The notes beneath the pieces were generated by a model. It worked only from the letters and a program-made list of their open reading frames with translations. It had not been told where the DNA came from and searched no databases. DNA of 63,170 bases, filler included, from Polymyxa betae A26-41 (taxonomy: Eukaryota; Protista; Endomyxa: Phytomyxea), in NCBI GenBank assembly GCA_003693705.1. It is 5 parts of 5 records of this genome, joined end to end, with 100 filler letters (N's around TTAATTAATTAA, not from the genome) between each part and the next. Parts side by side here need not be neighbours in the genome. Positions count along the whole stretch, not along the records: positions 29,581 to 41,647 come from RBZT01000188.1; positions 41,748 to 54,814 come from RBZT01000436.1; 3 more parts are not named here. One strand, 5' to 3'. Made by a program: the position numbers and the translations under genes. The stretch's first letter is position 1. The number at the start of each line of letters is the position of its first letter. This document shows, one piece after another, positions 34,025-45,935 of the stretch.

Positions 34025-35854
34025 TTCCGGGCGAACGAAGTTTGATTGAAGGATTTCGGCGATTCGAGAGGTCAAGGCGAGCAGAATTTTGGTTGTAGAT
34101 GGATGAAGAACGCTCTATTAGGAGAGATTTGGTTGAGAAGCGAGAGGCGTGACAATCTTGGGATGGTGACCGTGGCTCAACCGATTCAACAATCTGATGG
34201 TTGTGGTGACACAAAGTAGCTCTGGACATAATCGCTGCGATTAACGAATCAAAAGTGCTAAAACTACAGTCGCGCAGTTTCCCATCTTAATGAGTTTTCT
34301 TTTGTCTTTTTGAATCCGAAAGTGGATCGTATTCAAGTCTTGCAGCGGCTCGATTACGATAAGACTACCATCAGGCAAGAGGTGTTCGCCGCTAGATGCC
34401 TTTACAGCTGCGACAGCATCCATAGCGACCCGGGCCTAATGCTTACGGCATCGGAAGACGGATCCGGCATAAACCGCAATCTTGACCCAATGTTGAAAGA
34501 TCCGTATTTGTTAAAGCAGAATCCAGCAGAGATATGACAACAAAGGAGGCAAAATGAATAAAACAGAGCTCTCCCTCGATATAGTGGCCCCCCTATCTGA
34601 ATCAGTGTTCGGTCGGCGTCGCAATATCCAGTCACTATATTGATTCTTTGGCAAATCGAAGGTATTCTAGATAATAAAGTCACAAAGAGGCAGACCAATG
34701 TTTGATATTATCGTTTATAGTATTGTCAACGTCTATCATATTGTCGAATCTTCCACAGCTTTTGTGAATTAGACTAACCAAAGGTACGACTCGAATCCGA
34801 CTCATTCTTGAGCGAAAGGTGGAAGTGGCAAGATGAGTTAAAGGCGGAAAGTCACTGAGCGAAGCAGCTCGTCAATTCAAGATCACACGGCCTGCGGTTG
34901 CGTTATTTCTTTGAGTGATTCTTGCTGATTATCGCACCGAACACGCAGAGAATCCTTCTCAGCATCAACAAAAGCTACCCGCCGTCACTTTTGGTGTAAT
35001 AGACCCGAAGCAGACTGAAGGAAAATCCCAGTTCAGCAACCAGTTATACATTCCCCTCTTGATTCCAGACGACTTTGCGAGAAACTGGATTGCGGACAGC
35101 TAATTGTGGCAAATATTGTCATCTCAACTGCCATCTCGAAGGTGGGCATGATCAGCCCGGCGATTCTGCCCGGGTCTGAAAGCTTCCATTGCCCATAACC
35201 AATTCGAAGTTTAGAGATGATTGAAAAACGACTTGTTTGAATTTTTACAGTAATGATGGAAAAAGGGGAGCAGCCCAATGGCCAACACAAATAGGCAATA
35301 AAAGTTTAGTTTGAGTATAAAATACTGATTTTCTGTATCTCAACATTCTGAGCTATTTTGAATAACCAGAATATGACATTGTGAAAATAGCAAATGCCTC
35401 GTGGAGCTTGATTATAGCATTTTCTGATCTCCCATTCTGGTCACGCAATTTTCCTCCGAAAAGTGTCCGTAACACTGCTTTTGAATACGATTTGGGTTCG
35501 AGGACTTCGAGGTGCAAACGCTGGAGTTCGGGTCCCATTCCAACCGCTAAAATCAGTTCAAGATTGTAGAGGCACTTGAAATCGCATCGGATGATCTCAG
35601 ATTCTGAGCAATGCAATACAAGCTGTTTCTGGATCCCGTCATTCATTCGTTTTCGTGCGGTTTCGTTTTTTTTTTGTGCCTGATTTGTCGTAAAATTTTT
35701 TGAAAATGTGCGCGAGTCGCACATTTTTTCCTTCAAATCTGCGTGACTGGGGACTCGTTTTATCTGCGTTAACATGATGCATGATTTCTAGCTTGTTGTC
35801 GTCTGCAGCAATCCATCGGTGAATTGCCGATCTGGTCTCGGCGTCATATCGGCC

Positions 35855-37251
35855 ATGGATTTGGCCTGGGTCCTTCAGACCCTAGATTTCGCTCCCATAT
35901 TGGCCTACCTTGGCGGCCCGGACATCATCGCTCTCTCTCTCGTCGATCACCGTATTCATCAAGGTTATCTTCTATTCTGCCTTACTAAATTCTCTCTTCA
36001 ACTAATTGCTTTTTTGTGGTTTGAAATTTCGGCATTGTTGACGATTTCAGACTCTTCGAATATCGTCCTTGTCGTCTGCATTTCTTTTCTCGCATAATTT
36101 ACCCAAAACCCTAAACCCTAAACCCTTCTCGTTTTGCCGTACTAACCCAGACTGACAGATCTCGGCAATAAACCGTTTCCATTCTGGCAGCAGATCGCCC
36201 AGCAGTCCGGATATCCGTATCGACTGGAGCCACCGCGACGGTCGCTGTGCCAGCACGCCGGCCTGCCGGCGTTCGGGCGGGCGACGCGGACGCTGCTGCT
36301 GCGCTTCATGCGGCATCCGCATCGGAATTTCGTGGCGCACCTGCGAGCCACGTTCCGCGACCTGTCGGCGCCGGCCCTGAACTGCATCCAGCGCCGTAAC
36401 GCCAACCTCATGTTCCTAGTTCGTACCGGCCCCGGGTTCGGCCGCATGCGTCCAGTCCAGAGCAATCGGACCCGGATCGCCGACGTCGTCGGCCCCGGCG
36501 ACCTGATTCAGGTTCTGCCCACGAACGCCGCCTTCATCGTGTACGACCGCGGCGCGTTCCCGCCGACCACCGACCTCGTCGACGAGATCGGCGACAATTT
36601 CGGCGCCCCGATTCGGACGCCGTTGCGGACGCGCGCGGACCCGATGGCGGACCTGTTTCCCATGATCGTGCGGTATCTGCGGAGTGGCCGTCCTTGGTCG
36701 ATTCTGTTCAATGATCCAGATGGACCTCCGTCTCTGCCTGTTCAGATGATCTGCTCACGACGCTCCAGCAAACGCCGCGTCTTCAGTACGAACTCGTTTT
36801 TTCTCGCAAAAACCTTCTTGTTTCTCTTTTCAGAGCTTCTCTTTCTCTTTCTGTTCTCTTTTCAGAGCTTCTTTCTCTTTCTGTTTCTCTTTTCAGAGCT
36901 TTTCTGTCTCGTAACGATTCTCTCATTTGCAGCGTAGAGATCCAGATGGTGCACTGGACCAACATGACGCCGACCTTCGACGAGCTGGAGAACTATTTGC
37001 GACAGAATACGGGTCAGAATCCACGTCCATGTCCGGAGACGCAGCTGTATCCATTGCTGCGTAGCGCCATGGATCCGCCCTATCTTAATGAACCGAATTA
37101 CGTCTATATCTGGTCGTCGTATGATCGATTCTGGTTTCAGATCACCATCCATCCTGTGAATCGGCCATGGCAGTTCCCGATCGCGTCGTTCCCGACTCTG
37201 CATGCGCTGTTCACGGAGCTCCAAGATCTGCAATTGGTTCACGATTCGTGA
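35855..37251 (+). CDS. Three-exon hypothetical protein with F-box-like N-terminus
   Basis: Exons 35855-35963, 36159-36785, 36938-37251 splice in frame (phase 1, phase 1); ILAYLGGPDIIALSLVDHRIHQ..FWQQIAQQ. Confidence 0.7.
36105..36126 (-). repeat. Intronic telomere-like tract
   Basis: AAAACCCTAAACCCTAAACCCT. Confidence 0.85.
36816..36905 (+). repeat. Intronic pyrimidine-rich tandem repeat (about 31 bp x3)
   Basis: TTCTCTTTTCAGAGCTT recurs three times, separated by CTTTCTCTTTCTG. Confidence 0.75.
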
Positions 37252-38022
37252 TTATCAACAGTCCAGATTCGGCACTCAACATTACGGCCAAAAACTTTGT
37301 CATTGAAGTACCCGCAGAATCGCGTAATCGGATTCATTTCGTCATATTAAAGGATTTGATCTTTCGACCGTTCAAATCACACTGGGCTTGCTTAAAGGAA
37401 TTTGCAGGAGAATTCATCCGTCTATCGGAAGAGACGTTGATAGTAATGTTACAGAATGAAGAATGGAACCTTCATAGAGACTTTTTGGATCAGGTTGATT
37501 GGATCTAATCATTGATGACATTATAACTGACAGGCAGCAATTCTCGAGCCCACAAAGGAGCGCCTAGAATCGGCAGTTCCAAATTAACAGCGTATCGAAA
37601 TCTCAAGAAAGTCTGGAATCAGTTTCGTGAGTTCACAACATCAATGGTCTCTGCTGAAAGAATTTTTAGAATAATGACACACTTTGTCGTCTACGCTGAA
37701 TGGACATTCTTGGCGTACTTCCTTACAGTCAAGGCCGAAGATAGCTGATTTAATCCGCGAGATGAAATCCGCCAATCGTGAAGAAAGAGCTTCACATTGG
37801 ATGCAACAACTTATGTATCGACCACAATCACAATCCAGAAGGACATCGAGTAAACCAGCCTTGATACTTTGGGAGCATTGCCGAATTCACGTAGAGCTGT
37901 TTTACGATACAAAGCCCAAAGCCCAAGTGTGCTCTGGCATCAGTTTGTGGACCTGCTGGAGACTAACAAACATCAATCATGAAGGCTCTGGCGGTCTCGT
38001 TTATTCAGCCCAAAAAAGAAAG

Positions 38023-38096
38023 TGTCCCGACCCAGACTCGAACTGGAGACCTCCTGTGTGTTAGACAGGTGTGATAACCAACTACACCATCCGGAC
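38023..38096 (-). tRNA. tRNA-Val(AAC)
   Basis: Reverse complement GTCCGGATGGTGTAGTTGGTTATCACACCTGTCTAACACACAGGAGGTCTCCAGTTCGAGTCTGGGTCGGGACA; stem CCTGT/ACAGG, anticodon AAC; T6 downstream; one G:G mismatch in the acceptor stem. Confidence 0.93.
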
Positions 38097-39458
38097 ATAC
38101 TGTTGCGTTACAGAATCTTCCTTTCCGAAGGAAAAATCATTTTGGCTCCATCAGCTCTCTCTATAATGATACTTTTGGACAGATAAAACAATTCCACTTC
38201 CTTAGAGCTCTCGATTGCCTCACATCTATCTCTTGTCCTTAGAACAGAACATGCTGACTACAGAAAAGGCATCACGCGTTGATCGGCAATCATCATTAAA
38301 TCTGTGAAAAAGACAAGTACGAAGCGGCTTAACTAACAATCCGGGCTTCGTGACAACATCGGATGCTCCCAATTCCTCTCTAGCCTTTGTCTGGCAATCG
38401 TCATGAATAGTAAACCTCGTCGTTATATCTTAATCACCGTGTGCTATTGCTCTGGAATGTCTTATGGCAGCATAATAGCACTGCCTTGGATCTATTATGC
38501 TCTCTCAGTCGAAACTGGCAAACTCTATCCCAATATGCCATTCTCTTGGGCCATTTCGAGAGCAGCTCTTTGCTCTGCGAAATTTGCTGTACTGATTTTT
38601 TCCGATACTCCTATCAAGCGGAACCTTCTTTGCTTGTTAATTCGATTATATCGCACTTGTTGGTTGTGCCAACTTTTTCGGCGCCGTGGGCGGCACAGTT
38701 ATTCTCATCGGGAGCCTAAACCTAAGTCCAGGAAGACAATGGCGTAACCTATATATAGAGCCATGCAGGGTTCCGAATCTGATTCAAGAGAGGAAGCTTG
38801 TGGAATGAAATTTATGGACCTGAATGTAAAGAGCAGCAAAAACATTGATCGTTGTGAACCTGAGCCAACCATATCATGAAACATTTTCAATTTCACCTGC
38901 TAGACGATCATTTACTTCTCGTAATTCCTATCAGGCAGAGTCAAACACTAAGTCGTACTATGAGAGGGTTCGTCTCGCATATCGGACGCGTGACAAAGAT
39001 GGACCCGATCATGAGCCAAAGTGCGGGAGCCTTATGATGAGAGGAGCTACAGATAGCGATGAGCATAAGGTCAATAACCAGTTAATTTATTTCCGACAGA
39101 ACGGGCATTTCAAGCTCCGTGAAACGGGCTGGTTTCTCATATAGCTCAGGGCACAGTCCATATGGAAGAAATGTTGTTCACACTGCAACTGATAGATCTC
39201 CGCCTTGTCCGCCGTACTGTTATCACTCTGTAGAACAATATCAAAGCGCTATCGCAGGAATAAAACCAATTCTTCGAACAATGACGAGATTCTCAAAGCT
39301 GTTATGGAAGAAAAACGAAAAAAAAAACGCCGAAAACCAAAAACCCTAAAACAGCCGAATGCACACGAACCGGAGCCCGTTCGGATTGAGACGTTAAAGG
39401 TTCCAGACAGATGCTGCAGTTATCTTGTAGGCGATCCTGAGACTAAGTGCAGATATGA

Positions 39459-41361
39459 TTATAATGAGAACGAAGGCGATAAGCTTTGACCTACCATCAA
39501 GCGATAACAGCCATGATACGGCCTCCGTATGACCGTAATTGAATGCAGCTTGGACAGATCTTCCGCATGCAGCTGCGCATAAATCCGCAATAAAAAATCG
39601 CGGACTTCCTTGGTTGGCGACGACCCTTCTGGCAACGATTCCATCAACACCTTTATCAGGCAGAGCCATAGAGAGGACTGCGCATGCCGCATCCCCTCGA
39701 CGGCCCGGGCCAGTACGACCCAGTTCGCGATCGACGCCGGGAACAGTTCGTGACGGACCACGTCACGGAGTAGGTTTTCATGGAACAGGATGGTGGTCCA
39801 GCTGCCTGCTACAATACGGACGATGGAGACGCAGAGGTGGCCGCTCACGGACGCCGTCTCGGGGTGAATCGCACACCGTAGCAGCCGATTGAATAAGAAC
39901 AGCTCGTGTTGGAATTGGTTCGAGAAATGCAGTTTGCGCATGCCGTATTTGGGCTGTGAGCTCATCCTAAGAGCGCAATTTAACAACGGGAGTCTAGAAA
40001 CCCTAAACCCTAACCCTAACGCCAGGGTTTCAGAGCATACATACCATGACCCGAGGGAGATCGCAACTCGAGATAATTGCAATGGAGACAAATCGACATA
40101 TTTCTGATCTAACTCCGTACGGAGTACGAGATTATGATGCAGGTCACCAGCGAACTGATCCCAATCTCCATTGAGCGCGTAGCCCTTGCTTTTACTCACC
40201 CAACTAAACCCTAGTCGTTACAATTCGGAATTCGTCGTAAAAACCGTGACACGTTACCCATCCTGCTGCATCAGCGCGGCCAGGAACGACGCCGCCTGCG
40301 TCGCGGACATGTGCTCTATAATCCTCGATCGCGATATCTCTCCGGATCGCAATAGCGACTCAAAGTCACGGATCAAATCCGGTGTCACAAAGCTTCCGAA
40401 CGGCCTATCACCACCAACCACATCAATAAGCGACCCTCGGGGGAGCGGACCAGTACGACCTGTAAGCCTTGAGGGCGCGCTGGAACGAGCCGGACCACAG
40501 AGATTCGACCAGAGCCGTGGGCGTGCATCCCCGCAGGACGAATTCGATGAGAATATCGTGAAGGCAATGAAGAGGGACTCCGATCTGTTGCAGAATCTGT
40601 AGGAGCCTGGTCTTACAGACGCACAGAAAGCGCTGCGATCGGACCAGGCGCTGGGCCGCGTCGTAGAAGAGGACGGACCAGGGAAGGGGGTGCAGGACGG
40701 AGGCCGCGCTCCACATCACGGACTGAATCTCGTCGTGCGGACACCGGCTGACGAGCTCATGCCAGACGTCGGAGAGGGTCGTCTCAAGTCGCGGAATCGA
40801 ATCGGTGTCGTCCACGCAGTTCGCGATCACATCGGCATAGAACGGGGCCAGTACGCCCGCATATTTGACCGATTTCCGCTTCCGGCGAAGAATCGCCAGG
40901 TAGAGGGGCGCGAACTTCGGCAGATGATCCCGGGACGTGTTTCGAATCAGTTTCAGGAGTAACGTTTCGTGGTCGTGCACGCCCATCTGCGTGAGCGTCA
41001 TCAACACGGCCGCGAATCGCCAATGCGTCACGGACTCCGAGCTCAGCAGTTCGCCCACAAACGCCGCCTCCGCCTCGGTCTCGGCAAACGACGACCCAGG
41101 CAGCAACGAATGTCGTGGCAGACACGGCTTTATGAGCGCGTGTGGTGGCGATGGGGTCGGTACGACGGACCGGAAATGATCGCGCAGCCGATCGAGATTG
41201 TCCGTGAAAGCCACGTCGAGGACGTCGAAACGGTCTGGGACCTGGACTGCGCAGCAGAGTTCGCTGAGCAGGCGATCGACCTCTTCATCGGACAGCGGAG
41301 AGGCCGCGCTCGCCGCACTGACTATTGTTAGGAGGCCAAGCACGAGACAGGCGAGCTTCAT
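39459..41361 (-). CDS. Putative secreted helical protein; apparent frameshift at the C5 run near 40440; two introns
   Basis: MKLACLVLGLLTIVSA signal peptide; the frame continues (GSLIDVVGGDRPFG..MQQDG) after a shift; introns ~40257-40204 and ~40045-39968 join it to ORF 39459-40199. Confidence 0.65.
39998..40020 (-). repeat. Intronic telomere-like tract
   Basis: AAACCCTAAACCCTAACCCTAAC. Confidence 0.85.
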
Positions 41362-41454
41362 TAGATAGGAGGAATCAGGAATCTGAATGGAAGAAGTATC
41401 GAGTCAGAGTCTCGGGGTCGGAAATTGCGGAATAATGCAATTTAATAATCCATT

Positions 41455-41647
41455 TGTTGATCTTTCCGTCACGACAAAAGTTAGAGATATCTGTCAACCG
41501 ATCCTCCTTAACTGTACCGATATATAAAAACTAGCGATTACTTCGCCCTTTGTTCTGCTTTGTGTTCTACGCTCGTGTTCTGTTTGGTTATAGGCCCAGT
41601 CGCGCTCTGTTCATCGTCCCTTCCTCTTTGAATCTTTGTATCATGGC
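41455..41647 (+). mobile_element. Degenerate copia-type 5' LTR with PBS, cut by the contig end
   Basis: TGTTGA start, TATATAAA, then GGTTATAGGCCCAG (41586-41599; 13/14 match to the PBS at 29465) and ATG at 41643. The LTR lacks a CA end. Confidence 0.55.
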
Positions 41648-41747
41648 NNNNNNNNNNNNNNNNNNNNNNNNNNNNNNNNNNNNNNNNNNNNTTAATTAAT
41701 TAANNNNNNNNNNNNNNNNNNNNNNNNNNNNNNNNNNNNNNNNNNNN
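41648..41747. other. Artificial contig linker
   Basis: N44-TTAATTAATTAA-N44. Confidence 0.97.
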
Positions 41748-43156
41748 CTTTTTGACTGGCGTGATTCTGTTGCAAAGTTTAACAATAACAATTAAACCAG
41801 CCCTTTTGTCATAGAAAAATCGTGCCTGATGTATTTTGTGGAAATTATCGTAGCCTCCAGACAAAATTGCGCGTAGCCGTCGGAATCCCCTCTAGGCTCG
41901 AAATTATCGATATGGAGTATCGCACATGTCTTTGGATGGGATAAGAGGAATCCTATAGACGTCGGCAGTGGAAACTTGCCAGTTCCACAATACTATGAGA
42001 GCCTCCGATTGCTGTCACCCCTAAGTATCAAGAAAATTCCCTTCACGAATGAGTCTGATCAATAAAAGCGCCTTTTATCAGCTGTGGAACAGTTTGAAAT
42101 ATGAAGTGGAAAGTTATTCCTAGCAGTTTTTACAAAATTATTGTTTCTTTCGTCATTTCTGTTATTTGATTGCAGTTTTAAATAATTCCGAACCGGCATT
42201 TTATTCACTTCACGTATGGGATAGATCAATAAAAACGCCTTCTTTCAGCTACTCTATTTGCACAGGCTACACTGCCAATGCGGCAACTGCGAGAGGCAGA
42301 ATTTACGCGACGCTCTCTTTTTCGTGGGGGGTCCTGACGTTTCTCTGACCCTCACGTAATATGGAAATTATGAATGTTCCTGCTTGTAATGTCTGGCACG
42401 TCGATGGCGCCTACCATTATATTGAAAAATTGGAGATTGATACCAGCAGCACTGGGACAGTGATGAAGGAGACCCAGGAAGATGATCATGTCTCTGTTCC
42501 TCAACTGGACCATTAACGGACTCAGGTAAATAATGTCAACAGATTACATCCAAGCTAGAAACTTCTGGAGTTCTTATCGGAATGTGACGCCTAAAGCGTC
42601 AAAGCTTCCATCGATTGCTCTACAGCAAACTCTTCTATCGGAACTTCGTCTCGTTAAATGGCCCTGTAGCATTATCACGTTGCCTGAACATTGAGAATGG
42701 ACAAGATGCGTTTCCTATTGTACAATCCTCCCCAATGTTGTTACGTTACTATGTGGAACCCCAAGGGTGCCCAGCCCATGGAGCCGGAAAATTATATTAC
42801 AAGATCAAGAGTTTATCCATTATTATCGTCATCTCAGCAAGTTTACGTTGCTGGTTGTCTGATCAGGCGACCCTCTGTCGAAAGGGTCTTGACTTCACGG
42901 AACCTTGAATTAGACTAATCCCATTGATAACTGGTCAAAAAACGTCCTGAGATCTGACCAGTGGCCTTTCTCGGGTCAGAAAAGTGCGCCATGGGAAACG
43001 CCAACTGGAAGGTCGTTGTCCTGCGTAATGTGTCTGGCCTCTGATCCGATGATACCAGAGGTTTCCATTTAAATATCTGCCAGGCATTTCCATTGGAATA
43101 TCCGCCAACATCCTTCGTCTGATATCACTGATGCAGGAAGGACTCTGGCCACAATC

Positions 43157-44713
43157 ATGATGGGCTATTTACAAAGTGGGCGCGGAAAGATCATGGCTCT
43201 GGCCTCAGCCCTCTGCGTTACAGCCGTCCTCGTTGTTTGCTGCGCTCTTTCGTTCACCAAGCAAGTCAGTCATATTGCAATTTCTTGCGAATTTTCATTT
43301 GTGGAAACTTGTGCTCACACTACGCGACATCGTCTGGCTGAACATCGTGATGAAATTTGCAGGCGATTTCACATCTTTACGCATTAGTTTATTAGGTAGT
43401 CGGATTACATACTGATTTTTTGTCTGTCAGAGTACTCCATACGGGTATAAACATGATGCTGGTTTCGCGAAAAATTCGTCAAATGGCACGGTATCAGACG
43501 CAGATGAAGCTACGTCTGACGATATAATTCAAGACAATCGATATTCTCTACTGACACCCCTTGCTATGATGAAACAGAACACACAATTCATGATTGTGAA
43601 GTCCAGGATCTTCCCAATTTAAATGTTGCTGAGAGATTATACTCATCTAAGAAGAATTTCCATTCTAATCGAAATGCGCTTGAGCTTTCGGTTACAAAGT
43701 CTATCCAGGACACGGACACTGAAAGTGAAACATTAACTGAAGATGATGGAACCGAAGATGATGGGACCAAAGATGATGGGTCCGAAGATGATGGGACCGA
43801 TGATGATGGGACCGAAGATGATGGGTCCGAAGATGATGAACAGAACCAGATTCGAATCTATCAGCCGAAATCCATGTTATTAGGCAACTTCTGTTACATT
43901 TGAAGTATCGTGGCGTCATTCGAGGGCTATCAGCTCGGTCCGGAATCCCATCAATCATCAATGAACTTATTGCCTTATCCGACGACGTGGCTCTAAACAC
44001 GGACTCGATGCTGAATTCATTTGGTGGAAAGATCGAGGGCTCGTTACCGGATTCTGACCCCCATCGCCATCTGTTGAATATTGTGACCTCCATATTAAAG
44101 CCGGACCATGGACTTAATGTAATACATTCGGTCATCTCGGCGAAAATTCCAAAAAAATCTCGATCAACATCAACCAAACAATTAGTACAATCTGCACGAA
44201 AGGGTAACGTTTTCCTGGTCTTATTTTCAGCTTTTTTTTGTGTTTGTTCGCTGCATGATGGATCCATTTTCAGCAGAATGTTTGTTGTAACCGTCGCTGT
44301 ATTTGAGCCATTTCAAAGTCGTCCTTTCGGTTACCCTTATGCTCATTTGTTCCCTTTCAGGTCGATCAGCCATAGATGGAAACTCTGAAATGTCGATCTT
44401 GCAGCTGGACTCTCAAAACCGATCATCACACAACGTCGTTTTCACGGATTATCTTTATCTGGGGCAGATTTCATCTCGATCAATGACGCCAACTACTTTC
44501 ACATATCAGCTAGGGCTTATCGTTTCTGAGTCGGAATCTGGCAACTATGTTACCTATCAGAAACGTGATGCGACCTGGGTTAAAAGTGATGGCAAGAACT
44601 CTGACAACATCACTTTCCAGCAAGTTCAGGATGAATGCGGGCGTAACGCTTCTATGCTGATATATCTCCGATCTAAATGGAGTCGTGTGCTGGCTGCAGG
44701 TTTCAATAAATAA
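43157..44713 (+). pseudogene. Signal-anchor + acidic repeat + USP (peptidase C19) His-box-like C-terminus; frameshifted
   Basis: Exon 1 hydrophobic segment; (T/S)EDDG x7; two frameshifts (~43565, ~43840); last exon YQLGLIVSESESGNYVTYQKRDATWVKSDG..ASMLIYLR. Confidence 0.55.
43736..43840 (+). repeat. 15-bp coding tandem repeat x7 (TEDDG)
   Basis: Seven consecutive units of consensus ACCGAAGATGATGGG. Confidence 0.95.
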
Positions 44714-45275
44714 CTGAATGGCTAAATTCGAAATTTGACAAAGTGTCTGACGTTGTTCAACCCTGCGCCACACCCAGGGTTAGACACTCGTCAATTAATG
44801 ATGAGAATAGAGAAGTCTGCCAATGATCTGGCTTCAGCTCATGACCTCTACATATCTGAAGATCAGCATAAGCAAGGTCTCTCGCCTGGTCGAATTCATC
44901 CAATTAGGCTCCAAACAACAGCGCTAGATCTTCAAGCTCTGTCTGTTCCAATCAAGGGGCTCATTTGGGAGATCTATAGCATCAGTACCTGCTCATGACT
45001 GCTATCAATGACTATACTAGATATAGGAGCCTTATATGATGCTAATAGACAATCTGGTCTCAGTGATCATGTTAAAACCTCACTAAATTCGGATCAGATT
45101 TGGACCTGCGTTTGGACCCCGAGGACAGTTCAATATCTGCTATAGATATAGCCCGCTATTACCCGCCTTCCGAATACAAGATCTCACCCACCAAGATCAT
45201 CCATCCAGAGCGAGGTAGAACTGGAACAGCTATCATACAAATTGACTACAGCCTCACTAAACTGACGAAGAAACA

Positions 45276-45362
45276 GCCCGCGTAGCTCAATCGGTAGAGC
45301 GTGGGACTCTTACAGTTGTAGGGTTCATCCCAAGGCTGCGGGTTCGAGCCCCGCCGTGGGCT
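45276..45362 (+). tRNA. tRNA-Lys(CTT) with 14-nt intron, second copy
   Basis: Identical to 785-871 except for one intron substitution (CAGTTG versus CAGATG). Confidence 0.95.
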
Positions 45363-45935
45363 GTCATGTTTCATTGAATGTACACAGAACCGTTTGTAGA
45401 CAGAAAAGCAATTGAGAAGTTGTCTTCAATAAATGAGTATTTTTTTTCAGAGACATGTTTTTTAAGCATGAACCTTGCCAAAGTTTGGAAATGTGAGTGC
45501 TGTTCCACAGGAAGGGCGTTTAAGTCTCTATATCATGACATGGCAACAGAGATCACAGATGCGTGCTGTATTGTGTTGCAGCCGTCTTCCTTGAATTTCC
45601 AGGTTTTGATCGAAAATCTGGCCCACACATACTAGTTCAAGATACTCAAAAAAGTAGGTTATTTCTCAAAACTCAAAACCCTAACCCCGGCCCTATCGTA
45701 CAAAGCACATAAAAGTCTTTCTGGTAGCTTTAATCGTGGAACCTACAGTAGGCATCCTGACTCTTTCCCAACACGATCAGGGCTCTATATTCGAGACTCA
45801 GTGAGACTGATGAGATTCCTATCACTCAGCCATCAAAGAAACTGCGCGGATTATTAATCTCCCAGATCTAGAAAATGCGTGGCGGGTTTCCGGACCCGAC
45901 CGACACGATCTCGTTCCATTCAATAATCAGAATCC

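Noticed and set aside
39050-39490. Possible decayed MULE C-terminus (YHSVEQYQSAIAGIKPI)
   Set aside because: Only a faint motif resemblance; no intact SWIM or zinc-knuckle residues.
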